From positions 10,962,275-11,026,274 of the forward strand of contig NC_134032.1 of the NCBI RefSeq assembly GCF_964204645.1: a DNA stretch of 64,000 nucleotides, given 5' to 3'. The first letter of the stretch is position 1. Every line of letters begins with the position of its first letter. The translations under genes and the position numbers were made by a program. The notes beneath the pieces were generated by a model that was given only the letters and a program-made list of their open reading frames with translations, did not search any database and was not told where the DNA came from. This document shows, piece by piece, positions 24,001 through 38,400 of the stretch. The stretch is from Tubulanus polymorphus (Eukaryota; Animalia; Nemertea).

Positions 24001-27000
24001 CAGTTTCCTGTATATTCAATCTTACTGACAAATGAATTACCAGACCGAAGTAATCAAATACTTCAACAGTCAAATTCGCGAAAAAAATACACGAAAATGT
24101 AATTTGGAAGGACTTGTTCACCAAAAGGAAGGACTTCGAGTCAAAAAGAAGGACAAAAATGATGTTTTTCAAAATGAAGGACAAAGAAGAACTGCTGGAA
24201 ACCCTAATTGCAACTACGATGTCTGTTACCCTCACCTGCTTTGATATGAGCGAGCGTATGCACGAGAACCAGCACGAACTCTCCGACCGTGTCGAGTCTC
24301 GCCGTGCGTACGTACAGAATGCGATTATTCCCGTCGTAGTAGAACGAATTTCGATACGTGTTTCGCGCGAGGTTTGAATTTGGCGGTATCGCGTCGGCGA
24401 GCAGCAGCATCAGCGGCGCGTGTTGACAATGCGCAGCGACCAGGTCGACGACGAAACAGCCGAATTTATAAACGACGAACGACCGCGCTTGGAGTTTGTT
24501 CAAGTCAACGGCGACCAACTCGGCGTCGTCGCACCACTCGGAATCGCGTCTGTCAATGTAACCTTCACCTGCAAATATAGCGGTACCTTTTGCAAGTATA
24601 AAGTAGTTAATCTAACAAGTATGTGAACTAACAACAATCACATCATCATAGAGGTATGCTTATTATTTGAAGCATGGAGGGTGGAATTTTTCAAAAATTT
24701 TCAAACTATCTCTAGCACTTAAGGGTAGGCCTATGAATTGTTCAGCCCTGAAAGTCGTCTCAGTTTTAAGTCGTCTCATTTTTCAGTTGCCAAATTGTAT
24801 CTCCGCTTCAATTTACTAAGTGTAAGTCATCATTTGGATGGGAAGTCAAAATATTGGCCCCCGACTACGATGACTTTGACCATTTCAACTGTTACCACAG
24901 TTCCACAGTTTCGGGCTTCAAAACTGGAACATTCTGGACCCAATTCCACAGTTCTGAATTTCTGAATTGACTGAGATTAGACAAAACATCGAAAATGAAC
25001 TAATTTCAACTCAGAGGTAACTCTAACGCAGATCTGTGGAGCCGGTCTATGTTGAGGAAGAGTCTGTCAAAAGTCCAAATTCGTTCTTTTTCAAATATCC
25101 AAACCTTTCTAAATTTAACTCATAATCACGAAATAACCCCGCCCGTATTGCTATCTTACCGGCGGCCATTTTATGTCCACTGCCACCGATTCCTCGGCTG
25201 ATATTCTTCTTGAGTTGTTCCAGTTTCTGATACAGCGGCGACGACATCAATAACATCGCCAGTTCGGCCTCATTGAGGGGAGCGGCCATTGCGTACGACG
25301 CCGGCATTGCCGACACCTCGTCGGTCGACGTAGGCACAATAACGGGTGACTGATCGAACTCGGCCGCTGGAGGTGGCACCGAGGTTCCCGGCGGTTGAGA
25401 CATTACGTGATCGACGTTCAAACTTTCTCGCAAATTCAAAGCCTGAAAAAAAATTATCAGAGGTATTATTCGAGTCTCACACAATTGACTTGCTTTTACC
25501 CCGACTTTTGCCTAACTATTCCCTGACCATCAACGTTGTTTTCCCCGACTCAAAATGCTGAGAATCCGATCAATTAAAACATCCAAATATATAAAACATA
25601 GACAGAAACTGTTTGATTCTAAGCTCAATCTAACTACCTGAACGAACTTCCCTCACTTTTCCCTGATTTTTAGCTTTTTTACAAAATTCCCCGACTATTC
25701 TCGGAGTTTTCTAAAGAAAAGAAAATTCCCTGACTTTTCCCTGAATTCTCTGATTTGCAGGTAAGTGGCCACCCTGTCGCACAAACAAAATCAAATTTCA
25801 ATTTCCACGTGAGAAATCTTACCTCATCTGTTTTCAACTGATCGATTTCGCTGCGTTGTTTTTCGGCCACTTCGCGTTTACGATCGTCGACCGTCTGCTG
25901 CAATTCCGTCTGCTTCGTTTTCAGTTTTTGCTCGCGGCGTTTTCTCAGTTTTTCCTGTAAGCTGCTCTGCATGCGCATTTGATCGGCGTCCATTTTCGCC
26001 GCCAAACGTTTCACATCTTTGTCGTGGTCGTCGATCAGTTTCTGCTGCGCGTCTTTTCCGGCTCCGTCTGCTGCTAACTTCTCGAGATCACCCTGAATGA
26101 AATGGAATACAGCCCCATTAAAATTACTTAGAACCAGCTCGGCCCAAAAACCCTAGGTTTGACGGGTTGAAATAAGAATTATATTTTGAAAGGAAATGGC
26201 TAAAGATTTAGTTTCCGAATGAAATTCAGGGATTTGTTCCATAGTTATTATGGCTTAGACTTAAGACCATAGTCTAAGACTATCTTTAGTTCTATAGCCA
26301 ATCTAATGATTTAAGACCAGTCTTAAGATTTTACCACTTTTGGACCTTTGGAACTCGTCTCAGGGTTAAAATCAACCAACATTTGTGGAACTGGGTCTTG
26401 ATGTCTGCGGAACTGAGGATCTGGGAAACTGGATCCAGATATCTGGAATTGCGGAATTTGAAAAATGGGTCTTGATGTCTGGGACTGCGGAACTGAATCC
26501 TGGTGTCTGGAACTGTGGATGGGTCCTGATAACTTGAACTGGAGAACTAGGTGCCGAGTGTCTGGATTGCAATAAACTTTGTATTGAAGCCAAAAATCCA
26601 TGGTTTTATGAAGATCGTGAATGTACCGTACCTTAAGTTTCTGTTTTTTCTCTTTGATCAAGTCGGCTTTGCGTTTATTCAAAGATTCCAGATTTCGATT
26701 TTGACGTTCGTTCTCTTTCTGTATTTCATCCTCCAACTGTTTGTTGAACGCTTCCATTTCTCGTTGGACGCGTTCTTTCTCCGAGCGTTCGAACTCCTTG
26801 CGTTCGTCGTGCAGACGTCTCTCGCGGTCTTCGCGCTCTTTCTCCAGTTGGTTCTTGATCTCCTCGAGGTTTTCGGCTTTCTCGACTGCGTCTGCCGCCT
26901 GTTCGCTTCCCGGAGCAAACTCGCGCAACGCTTCGGCAAATTCCTGAATTTCAACGAAAACAATCAGAAAATGTTTTCACACGGACCCGTTACTGATCGG

Positions 27001-30000
27001 AAGGGTCACTTCTTAGGTATATTACAAAATTACACAAAACTTAAAACTCTTCATGCTTTATGGAGCTGGAGGTGTGTTGCTAGGGGTGGATCCAGGATGA
27101 CAAAGATCTTGGGAAATAAGGGCATCAATTTGTCGAGGTGATGAAACTGGTTGTAAAAAGTTGAGACTATTTCCAGTCTTGATGAAAATATCATTGAGAG
27201 AAACCCTCAATTTAATCAATCAATTTAATTCTATCAATTTAAACAACTATTACTGTTTTTTTCTCACACGGTTCGAGTTTCTCTCAATATGATGATACTG
27301 GTTTGTAGTTGTAAGCCAGAAAACCAGGGTGGAACTGCCCAAGAAAATTTCGAAACCATTGCAAACATAGTATTTACGGATCTGGTGAACTCTCTGAGGA
27401 GATTTTCAAACTGTTGTTTAATTTCTACCCGTATATGGGTTACCGGTAAGTCCGTTTTACCTTGTAGTGATTTTCTTTCAGTTCGAGTTTCGCGCGCGCG
27501 TACCGCACCTCCCAGTCGCACGACGCAGCGCGTTCCGCGTCGTCCATATCGCGTTTTTGTTGATCTTCGAGTTGAGACAATTCGATCTGTTGTTTATTCA
27601 ACAGTTCCGCGCGTCTGTTCTGATAGTCATCCGGTGACAAGTTCTGCTTCTAAAAAAAAATTTATTCTGATTGCAGATATATTGATGCATTGACTAAGCA
27701 TTCATAACTTATGTAGAACATCCCACAATAATGACTTAAAACCTTCGAAGAAAATATACCTGGAGATCGGACATTTGTTTTTCGTGTTGCGCGATCAGGT
27801 CGTCTCGTTTTTGTTCCTGTTTCGCCGACAGCTTACTCAAAGCTTCGTCGACCATCAAACGCTTCTCGGCGGCGAATCGCGAATCGAGGTCGTTCATTTC
27901 TTGCGCTTGTCGTTTGGCGAGCACAGCTCGAATGACCTTGTCGCTGTCTTCGACGCCGTTTTCTCGAATTCCCTCTTTCATCGCGTCTTTTTCCGCCTCT
28001 TTCACCTGTTTTCGACGAGAATATACGACCATAGCGAACAAGGAACGAACTTAAGATTTCAATGAGGGACTGTGTCCATCAAAGATGTTCACACAAAATT
28101 TCGAAATTCTGTATGTAAACTATTTCTCCTCTAATTCAAAGTTGAGAAAATCATCCGTGTAATGCACTATAATTTCTTCTGGCTTACAGGAATTAAGATG
28201 TCTGCATCCAAACAGCCCCTAGCCCCTATCCTTGTCTACCAAAGTCCAAAGTTCACAAACCCCCCTCAACCTTTGACGCCTTTTATGGACAGCCCCTGAG
28301 CTGGAAATTTTCACAAAAATATTTACCTGTTTCGTCTTCACTTCATTGAGTTCGTCCTTCTGTGCGAGTACTTCTCGCGTCAGCAGTATTTCCTGTTTAC
28401 GTTGAAGGTCGTTGAGGCGTCTGCGTCGACGTTGCTCGATCTTGTCGCGAATCGCCAGTTTTTGCCGCGACTGCTCCAGGTCCAGGCGAGCGGCCAAATC
28501 TTGCATCTCTTGTTCGTGGGCCGCGAGTAGCTAAAAAGGAAAAGATATTCATAGCTCAAACAAAAAAATTCCTTTTCATCAGAATTTCTATTTTCAGGTG
28601 TCTATCAAATGGAAATTTCAAGATAGAGAAAATCTATTTTAGGTCGAATAAGTTGGATTTCAAGACCGAATGAAATCTTGTTAGGTAAAGATTGGACAGG
28701 GTGGCCTCACTTTAGACTTGCTTTTTCCCCGACTATTCCCTGACATGCATGTTGCTTTCCCTGATTGATCTGCTTAGAATCCAATCAATTAACAGTCAAA
28801 TACGTAAGACATGGACGAAACTGTTTGATTTTAAGCGCAATCTGGCAACAAATCTCAACAAATTCTCCTGATTTTCGGCTTTTTTCTAAAATCCCTGACT
28901 TGTCCCTGATTTCCAGGTAAACAGCCACCCTGTTGGATAGCTGTATTTCAGGCAGTTGAACAATAGCATTTCACTCAGGCTCTTTTACCACTACCGTGGT
29001 GAATCTGTCAAAAAACATATTCTAAACTACTCAAGGCTCATAGATAAAACTCAGAACTTACAGCAGCCATTTCCTCGTCAGTGAGATCGCTTCTAGATTG
29101 TATTTCAGCCGCTTGTTTGTTGCGTTTCTCGCGTAAAACTTTCTCCCTGTCATTCGATAATTCCGTCAATTTTTCAGTCTCCTCGCGACGAGCTTCCTGC
29201 TCCAGTTTTTCCTTCATATCCCGGCTTTCGGATTCCTGTTGTTTTCGAAGTTCTTCATTCGTTTGTTCCTGAGAAAGATTCATCGAATATATGAAAATCA
29301 AATGGAAGATGAGTTGGCATTATGTAAAGATTAAAACCCATTTTTAGGCTGAACTGGGCCAAAGTCTGTCTGCCTGGAAAAATTCGGTCCGTAGAACTAA
29401 ACCAGACATGAAGTCCGCCATTCTCAAGAGGATTAGTCTTGAGCCATTAACTTGGGCCATAAGTTTCCTTAATTCAACCGCTGTAAGAAAGTCTGGCTGG
29501 TGTGGCCAGACATATACCGGTAGTCTATCTGCCTTAGTCCAGCCTATGAACGATTTTATGGTTCACTGTTACCAATCGGATCACTAACTCTCCCTTTCAT
29601 GACTAGACTATCAACCCCCAACCCCATCCCTATTTTTTCAACGGAGTTGCACTGTTCTCAAGAACGCTCTTTTTGAACAGAAAGATTGGAGACTTATGAA
29701 ACCTGCTTCATTCCTGAATAAACTTTTCACACGCGTGCTCACGTTACCTGTCGTTTTATGACCGCTTTCTCTTCCATACTTTCAACGATTTGCATTTCGG
29801 GCATTCTAATTGTCGGATCTTGCACAACCGATGTCTGTTGCATCTGTAGATTCTGTTCAGCGATAAACTGTCGGGACGATTCCTCTTCTTGTTCGCGTCG
29901 AGCTTTAGCGAGTTTCCTAGAACGCTGAGCGGCTATCTTACCCTATACATACACAGCAACAGTATGAATTATTGACGATGATAAAATATTCGTGTTTGAA

Positions 30001-33000
30001 ACACTAGATAGGCCATTTGCGGTCAAGGATTAGGTTTTCTGACAGATAAGTCTACAAATCTAAGACCAATCTTTAGATTTTGTAAAATCAGTTTCACACA
30101 GTTATATTGCATCAGCAATCTAACAATTCAAGACCAGTCTTTTAGCTAGCACATTTTAGTTCTATTAAACCAATCTAAAAATTTCAGACAAGTCTTAGCT
30201 CACTTTTAGTTCAACAACCAGTCTGACAATAATTCAAGACCAGTTTAGCTCTAACATGGTTCTATAATCAAGCAAACAACTTAACATTTTGAACTGAAGT
30301 CCTTACCACTTTATAGGAGGTACTGCTGTAATTTCACAGATATTTCAGTTGCTCGCATACTTACCTGAATTTCGTTGATCTGTCGGTCGCGTTGACTTTC
30401 CAAAACTTGTTCGAGATTTTCAGCGTTTTTGCGATAGTGATCGAGCATTTTTTGCATGATCACATCATCAACTTCTGGTTTCTTTTTCGGCAACTGAAAG
30501 AGAGTGTGTTATTAAGAAATTGGGGTTTTGTCAAATTTTACCACAAATAAACTCCCAAAAATTTTGATGTATAATCAAGGTGGCCACTTCAGACTTTTTC
30601 CCTGACATGCACTTCGTTTATCCCTGACTCAATCTGCTAAGAATCCAATCAATTAACACAGTCTAATTTGTAAGACATAGACAGATCTGTTTTGATTTTG
30701 TGCCCAAACTAGAAATCTCAACAAATCACCCCGACTTTTCCATGATTTTGAGCATTTTTACAAGATTGCCTGAATTTTTTCAAAGAAAAGAAATTACCCT
30801 GACTTTTCCGCCATTTCCAGGTAAGTGGCCACCCTGATAATCTATTACAGGCTTTGTTGAAATAATATTCGAATAAGATTTTTCAAAGAAGCACCGAGTC
30901 CGAACGTTTCCTACCTCGGTAAGAATTTCGCGGTGAACGTCTTTCACTTCTTTGATGAAGTCGTTGTCGATATTTTCGCTGACTTGTTTCAGATGTTCGG
31001 CCTCCTCAGCGTTCAACGCCGCCTGTTCCGACTCGACCTCCAGTTTGTGACGTCTGCTCAAAACGGACATTCGCCGTTCCAGTTCGCCGTGTTTACCCTC
31101 TTGAATCAGTTTCGTCGACAGCTGAATAATTGAAATAATTCAAAGGTTAGTTGAGCAATTTTCGCATTTCTGTATAATAAAATTTTTAACTTTTTTCATA
31201 TTTCTTCACATCAAATGACAGGATTTTTCATACCAAAAACGGAATTTTTCACACTAAATATTTAAGAGATTTCTTCCTTTTTGATGAGATAACGTATATG
31301 CAAGAAATGCATCTTTAAACACGTTTAAGACAATGTAACAATTTTGACCTGTAATCGAGGTATAAAAATCAATGACTGACACTAGACTACATGTATCATG
31401 CATGAACTGTCTAGGGTCAACGCAGCGCCCAGAGATAAAACAACATATACAGCCTATAAGGAAAACGAGACAGAAATTTTCTAACCAAAATTTCACCAGA
31501 AATTTTCACATTTAATTTCACATTTATCACATGCATCCTCATCCCACTTCCATCAATAATTGTGAGCTAAAAAAATCATCTGCGCAATGATAAATTCGCC
31601 ATACCTCCATTTTTTCAGATTCGTGGTCCTTTTTCAGATCAGTGATTTTTTTCGAGCGTCTGTCCCTCGCCCGACGACGTATTTTATCGAGCTGCGAACG
31701 TTGCCGCGTCTGCCACTTGGTCTTAGCCTCGTTCTCACGTTTATCGAGCATGCCCAATGTCTCCGCTTTGTCACTTTCCGTTAAAACGCCATCTTGTACG
31801 AGATTTTCCTATTCGCGATTTGAAAAACAATATTTCTAAACAAGATTTTTAAAATTCCATTTTCCGAAAACTAGCGACTCTAGCAATTTTTTGTTCTAAG
31901 CAGTTTGAAAATGGATCATTCTTGATTTTTATCGGAGAGGTTTATTTGACTAAAAGAAAACCGTAGGAGCTGGAAACCAATTTCATAAATCAGTTTTAAC
32001 TTTCAACCCATTAACGGCTAGGCCTTATGAACTTGTTTGCATTCTAAGCCCAGGGCTGGCTGGTTTCAAGGACAAGTCTTAAGGGAGGTGGATCAGGGGG
32101 TGGATTTGATCTCTTGTCCGATTACCTTTGGTACTAAAGTTAAAACCAACCCGTAGTTTACAGAAGTTAATTCTAATCTAACTAATGTAACTTCCAAAAA
32201 AGTTTGCAACAATAAACATATTTACTCATTAGAAAATGAGATTTATACTGCTCTTGCTAAAAGTATGGATTTTCAACTAATTCCAATCTATATACGTATA
32301 CAGTTTGGCCTGGGCCATGAAAACAGAATCATATCAACTTACGATTTGATCCTTCACGTTTTCGGACATTTGAACCACTTGTTCGCCGGTCGTCTTGTTG
32401 TGCGCTTCCATTTCAGTTTTCGCGACGTTCGCTTGTTCTTCGAACTGCAGTGATTGTTGTATGAGCTCCTGGGCAAGGATCTTCTCTTCGGACACGTCGG
32501 ACAGTGCCAGCGGAGGCGGTAGCCCGCAATCTTTAGCCTTGATAAAAAAACAACCGGAAATTGTCAGATAACTTGAAAACTTTTAACAAGCAAATCTCAA
32601 AAAATGTCTTTGTTATTCTTTTCAACTAAAATTGCATCATTCTCCTGTGCCAACTGCCTATCATTTTTTCTGTTTTTCATACATATTTGGCCATGACGCG
32701 AGAAATCCCGCAATGATTGATTCAGTCAAAGATAAAAAATTCTTGAGTAGAAGAGAATTCTTGTTGAGCAACTTTTCGGCTAAACACTATCAGCCATCAT
32801 CAGGCGTACTTTAAGTACTCAGGCGTACACAATCAGACATCACAAGTACACCTGACACAAGAATTTTTCATCTTTGACTGAATCATTGTGGGACTTCTCT
32901 CGTCATCCATCTTACACAAATAGTGTGTATCTTCTCTATCTTCTCGACTCATTTGGCCATGACATCAAAAGTTATCTTGTACTGCATCTTACGCAATAGA

Positions 33001-35430
33001 AATTAGATTTTCTAAAATTGTTTCACCGGCCGTACGAACCTCTATGACGTGTTTGTCTCTGAGATTCGCCTCCTTTTTGCGACGTCGTTCCGCGAGTTTC
33101 AATTTCAAATCAGCTAAATGTTTCTGTTTGTTCGAGTCCATTTTCGCGTTCAGTTTCTCGAGCTCCCGTTCGTGCCCGGCTAGAATGGCGTCTACCTCCG
33201 CCTCCGACAAATCGCCTAGAATGTATCGAACAGTATTTATAATCACTAACTCAAAACTCTTTACTGACACCTGAAAATGGTGGCGCCACTTTTTCGCCCA
33301 ATTACAAATTCTACAAATCATAGAGTTTTTCCTGATTTTTCCATGTAATTCACACAGAATACCCCGAGTGAATAAAGAGTAATTTCTATGGTTAGAATAC
33401 TATAATTCATTCATTTTTCATTGAATCACGTACCGATAAAGAAACAAGTGGTCAATAGCATTATCCGAATTCCCTGAGTTTTCGGGGATTTTTGCAAAAT
33501 TTGCCAAATTCCCTGAGTAATTTTCCCTGATTTTTTGGATTCCCTGAGTTTTCCAGCTTTCCAGGTCAGTGGCCACCTGTAAGACCCACAGTAAACCCAC
33601 CTTGTAATTTATTTGCAAGATCTTGGGACAATTCTTTCATTTTGTCATTTCTGGCAGTTTCCGACTCAGCGACCGCCTCTTCAAGCGCCTTCTCTTCGCC
33701 GGTCATCAGCTCCTGTTCCAACTTCTGTTTTTCGGCGTTTTGTTGCCTTAGCAATTCACCAGCCTGTATTCAATAACAAGAATTGTTATCTATCTTTTAT
33801 ACCCATGCATCAAGGATACAGTTCTATCAAAAATATCCATCACAATAGTACAATTTCTATCTCAATATGAATACGTGCAAAATCTTTGCTGAACATGAAG
33901 CAAAAAGCTTCTACTATTGCTTCAAACTATTTTCATTGGGCCAATTCCATAATCACAATGCTGCATCCAGTTTAACAGCTGATAGATAAGTTTGCCTCAA
34001 AGTGAGTTAAGATAGTTACGGTAGCTTTGATAGTCTTAACCCTTGTATTGAATTCTAAGAATTCTGAAACTTAAGAACCAGTCTTAGAGTCAACAAGTAT
34101 CTAAACCCGACTCCAGAGTCAATTACACTCGTAACTGTGCTTATCCAAAGCTCTTACCTTTCCGGTTGGTACATGTCTGTTGACGGTCACTGTACCTGGG
34201 TCGCCTGTTTTCAGTTTCTCGAGCAGAGCCTCGCTGATCGGAAGGCTACCAGTGTTAAGCTGGTTCAATAATAACTGGACGGCTTTCATCAGTTCAGATT
34301 CACGATTGCTCGCACCGGTGAATTTATACCTGAAATGGTAACGATCAATTTCTTCGTGAAAATGTAGGCCCAAATCCAGAATTAGAAGTTAAGATCTTAA
34401 GAGTTAACTAATGAAAAATGAACTAATTTTAACACACTCACAACTGCCGAACTGGGTCATAGCTTAGATATTTGATTCAACAAAATATTAGGAATTTAAA
34501 ATGAACTATAACTTTGACCAACAGACTTTTAGACTTTGAAATTTGAATAGCTCTGGATGAATTCATTCATTTCCAATGGAGTACCGGTACTGACGACGCA
34601 ACTATGGCATGCAGAATTTCCACCATAAACCGCCAGGTTCGCTAGTGTACAAGACAACTGGATTTCTTCTCAAACTCAATTGAAATCTAACAATAATTTC
34701 TCAATGCAAGTTGTGTACGAAAATTGTGCCACGATTAATCTGCATTTATCTAGATGCGTTTTGCCTAATTTGTGGATTGGAATACATGTACTGAATATTG
34801 AGATCGAGTTAATCGAAAATGAACTTATTTAGTTCATCGATATCAAAGTGGTGCCAACTGATGGGATATCTCATCTGCTGGTACTACGCCATTGCTTTAG
34901 AGTGAAGTCTAAACCTATTATTGGGCGCCAGTTGGGAGGCTTGTTTTCCGCGACTCAAATCGAAATCAGAAATGGCAACTATTTCAATATACCTGGACTG
35001 ATCCGCATCGCTACCACCGACGAGACTCCGTTGTTTTCCATCATCATCCCTCTGCAACTGATCTCCCAACGACGATGACGTTTCATATTTCGACGGATCG
35101 AGATTTTCGAGCATGTTTTTCAGCTCGTCGTTTTGCGAGCCGATTCGATCGTAGAATCCGCGCAGGTCTTGCTGGTGACGCGCCAACGACGACGCCAAGT
35201 GTAGATTCTGATCTTCGAGTTTATCGTACAAGACGCGAACGTTGAAATCTTCCAGTTCCTTGTCGGGCGACCATGCAACTTTGGAGAACGAAAAGGAATA
35301 TCCGTTAGTCAGATGGATTGCTATAGTAATTAAACAATGAAGATCAAGACATTTTTAAAACAATTGGGTTTTACCTCCAGTTTTTTCAGCTCCATCTCCG
35401 CTTCCACGAGGGCCGAGCAATTTTGAGTCT
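21080..35430 (-). CDS. Cytoplasmic coiled-coil region and C-terminal globular module of the giant gene
   Basis: E/K/R/Q/L-rich heptad exons splice in frame to the TM exon through the 56-nt exon 35375-35430. Confidence 0.85.
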
Positions 35431-38400
35431 CTAAAATTTGGAGAAAAAAACTTGAATCAATTTTGGTTCAACTTAAAATACATCGATAAAAACCTTTAGA
35501 TTTTAGCTTAGAGCTTAGTAGAGTAGAATTTTTACGTCCCAACTGCAAGTAACAGTGTAACCCTAGTGGGTCTTAAGAGACGGCCAGGGCCTTTTTATTG
35601 CTTGTTATGACTCACAACCCGACTAAGTTAGCAGAGCTTAGTCCATGTATGTGTCTTGACAGTGAAAGCCAGGGACCAGGGACCTCCTCTAGTTCCCATT
35701 CCTCCACCCAACCGAGTTAACCACACAGGACTTAAGTGTTGTAGAAAGATAACTCTAGTTTGTTTGAGTTTATGTTTATGTGGTTTAACCATTTCCAGCC
35801 ATATACGGTCACTATACAGCATTTTCCAATGTACAGTGCGTTCGACTCAATACTAACTACATTCAACGCTATAGGTGGTATTTCAGTCAAAAATTGCAAT
35901 TTTCAACGAAAAGTATAATATTTTCGAGTTAAGAGTCAATACTAAACACCTAAGTATGCTCCCCAGTCAAGAAAGGTTTAAGGTTTGTATTACTCACTTG
36001 TTCCAGGCGTCTACGTCGTGGCGCAGATACGCCGGCACTGACGGCGGCGCTCCCAACGACCGATACTGCGGCTTCCAGTGTTTCATCGGGAAAATACCGG
36101 CGTCGCGAGGACGCCAGACGATCACCGCTACGACTAACAACAACGCGCAGGTCGCGAAGAAAGCGATTATTCCTAAAAATATATAAAATTCATGATTAAA
36201 GCATTTTTTCTGCGGCATAAACGACTTTCGAGTTTTCATTTCGAATTTTAGCTCACCGATGATTAAAGCCCAATCCGGTTCTTCGTTCGACGGTGTTTGT
36301 TTACTGACTCCGTACTGGGTCAACATGGCCGCCGTCTGCGGCTGTATCGCCGACTGACCACTCGGACACGTCGAGCCCTTCGCCTGAACGGTCAATATCA
36401 CTTCGCTAGAAAATAAAAGCATTATTTGAAATATTGTATACTAACTAATGAGGGAATCAGTTCATGAATGAAAACTTTTGCCCAACCCAAAAAATAGGTG
36501 TATTTTTAATGAATTCAATTCTTAGAGAGTATAAGCTATGTTTCCTTAGCTCCTACAAGGAACACTAGTTTCAACCTATACGCACGACCAGACTTTTGAA
36601 GGGTGTGAATTTCCACCTACAAGGAGGACCAAGCCTCCAGAAGGATGACGGTTTCATTTAACAGGCTCCTTACGGTACCAGTTATCCCACCCATAGGTAA
36701 CTAACAGTTTCCTGAACTAATAATCTTGCCCATAAGGAGCCCAGGCTACCGCAGGGTCCGAGTGATCTTGCCCATAAGGATCCAAGGCTCCCGTAGTGTC
36801 CAAGTAATCTTGCCCGGAAGGTGGAATAAGCTCCCATAGGGCCCTTTACATATTATTGTGATCTTGCCCATGGCTCCTGTAGGGCCCTAAAGATCTCCAA
36901 GGCTCTCAATGACATCATTCTCACCTCGACATCTGCTGCGAATTTCCGAACACGTATTTGCCGGCGGTCGTGAATACGTGCGCGAACGTGTTCACCGTCA
37001 CGTTCGTTTGCGTGATGTAGTATGCCAGCTTCTCGAACGGCCCGTAATCGAACGTCGGATTCGAGTTGTACAGGTGGTCTTTGATGTAGACCGGATAACT
37101 GCTCGCCACGCGGTCCGACTCGTTCACGTACACATTGAACATCACCAGATCCTCCAACTCCAGACAGATGATCGGATTTCGAATCTGGTTGCTCGTCGTT
37201 GACGCGGACGGCGTCGACGTCGTCGTCGTTACAGCCAACAATCGACGCCTGCTGAAGCCGCCTCCTGTAGTGATGCCTTGCGAGTTCAGAGGTGCTGAAA
37301 CAAAAATGGAACAAAGATAGAAATAAAACTCCAAAGAAAAGCAGCAAATATTTTTCAATGAAACAGCCTGGGCAAAGTGTTTGTATAGTGGACAAGTGGT
37401 CGGAGCTAATAATCAAATGCACAATAGTTCGGATTTAACATATTTTATTAGGACAGTGTAGGGACTAGGTCTGAACTACAGTTTCCATGGTTCTATCCCC
37501 TATTTTCGGACTAAGTGATATTCTGTTTTACAGTGCCTGGTTTGCAAATAGTCAACTAATCCCAATAACCAAAGTTTGTCCTGGCAATAGCGATGGATGA
37601 CCATCCAGTCAGGCAACCAGCGAGTTAGGAAACCTAACAGTTAACTAAAGGCAGAATGACCAGCCTGTAAGGCAACTAGCGAGACTGGACACCAACCAGT
37701 TAACCAATAGCAAGATGACCAGCCAGTCAGGCAAGTAGCAAGACAGGTTATCAAACAGCTAACTAATGGCTAGATGAACAGCCAGACAGGACACAAAACA
37801 GTTACCGTACCCAAAAGCCAGATAACCAGCCACTCATGAGGCCAGTCGAACAGCCCACAAATACTTACTGAACATCGAACTCGTACTGGAAGAATCAGTG
37901 AATAACGTCGCTGTGGTGGCTCCCGGCCAGAAATTACAAACGTGAGTCTTCTTATCACCGGTGACATGTTCGTTCGGTCCAATTATACCGGGTACAGGCT
38001 GAAACGATAAGTAAGCGGTGATAACCAAAGTGCCTATCGATTCAATAAGTGTCATCAAACCATTGAATTAATACTTACTGTTGTGGTGACAGCTCCAGTA
38101 ACAGGGTCGGTGACTGATAATTGTACGCTACCATCGGATTTTATAGACATGCCCAGTTGCGGGGCAGTTTTCAGACACGAAGAATCGCAAATTTGAGCTG
38201 GATCATCGACTTTGTTACAGAAACATCTGTGAAAAAAATATACAATACGTGCAAACATTCAATATCCCAAAACACGTAGTGAATAGCATTATCCAAATTA
38301 CCATGAGTTCTCCAGGTCCCAGTTTTATAGACTTGTATTATCTTTAACCCAGGGGCTGGTTGCATAGTGATGGCTTAGATTAAGACCAGTCTAAGACCAA

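Noticed and set aside
36720-37830. Degenerate intronic tandem repeats (36720-36900, 37590-37830; also 26390-26560, 42420-42700, 43350-43520)
   Set aside because: Ordinary decayed minisatellites with no coding or structural signal.
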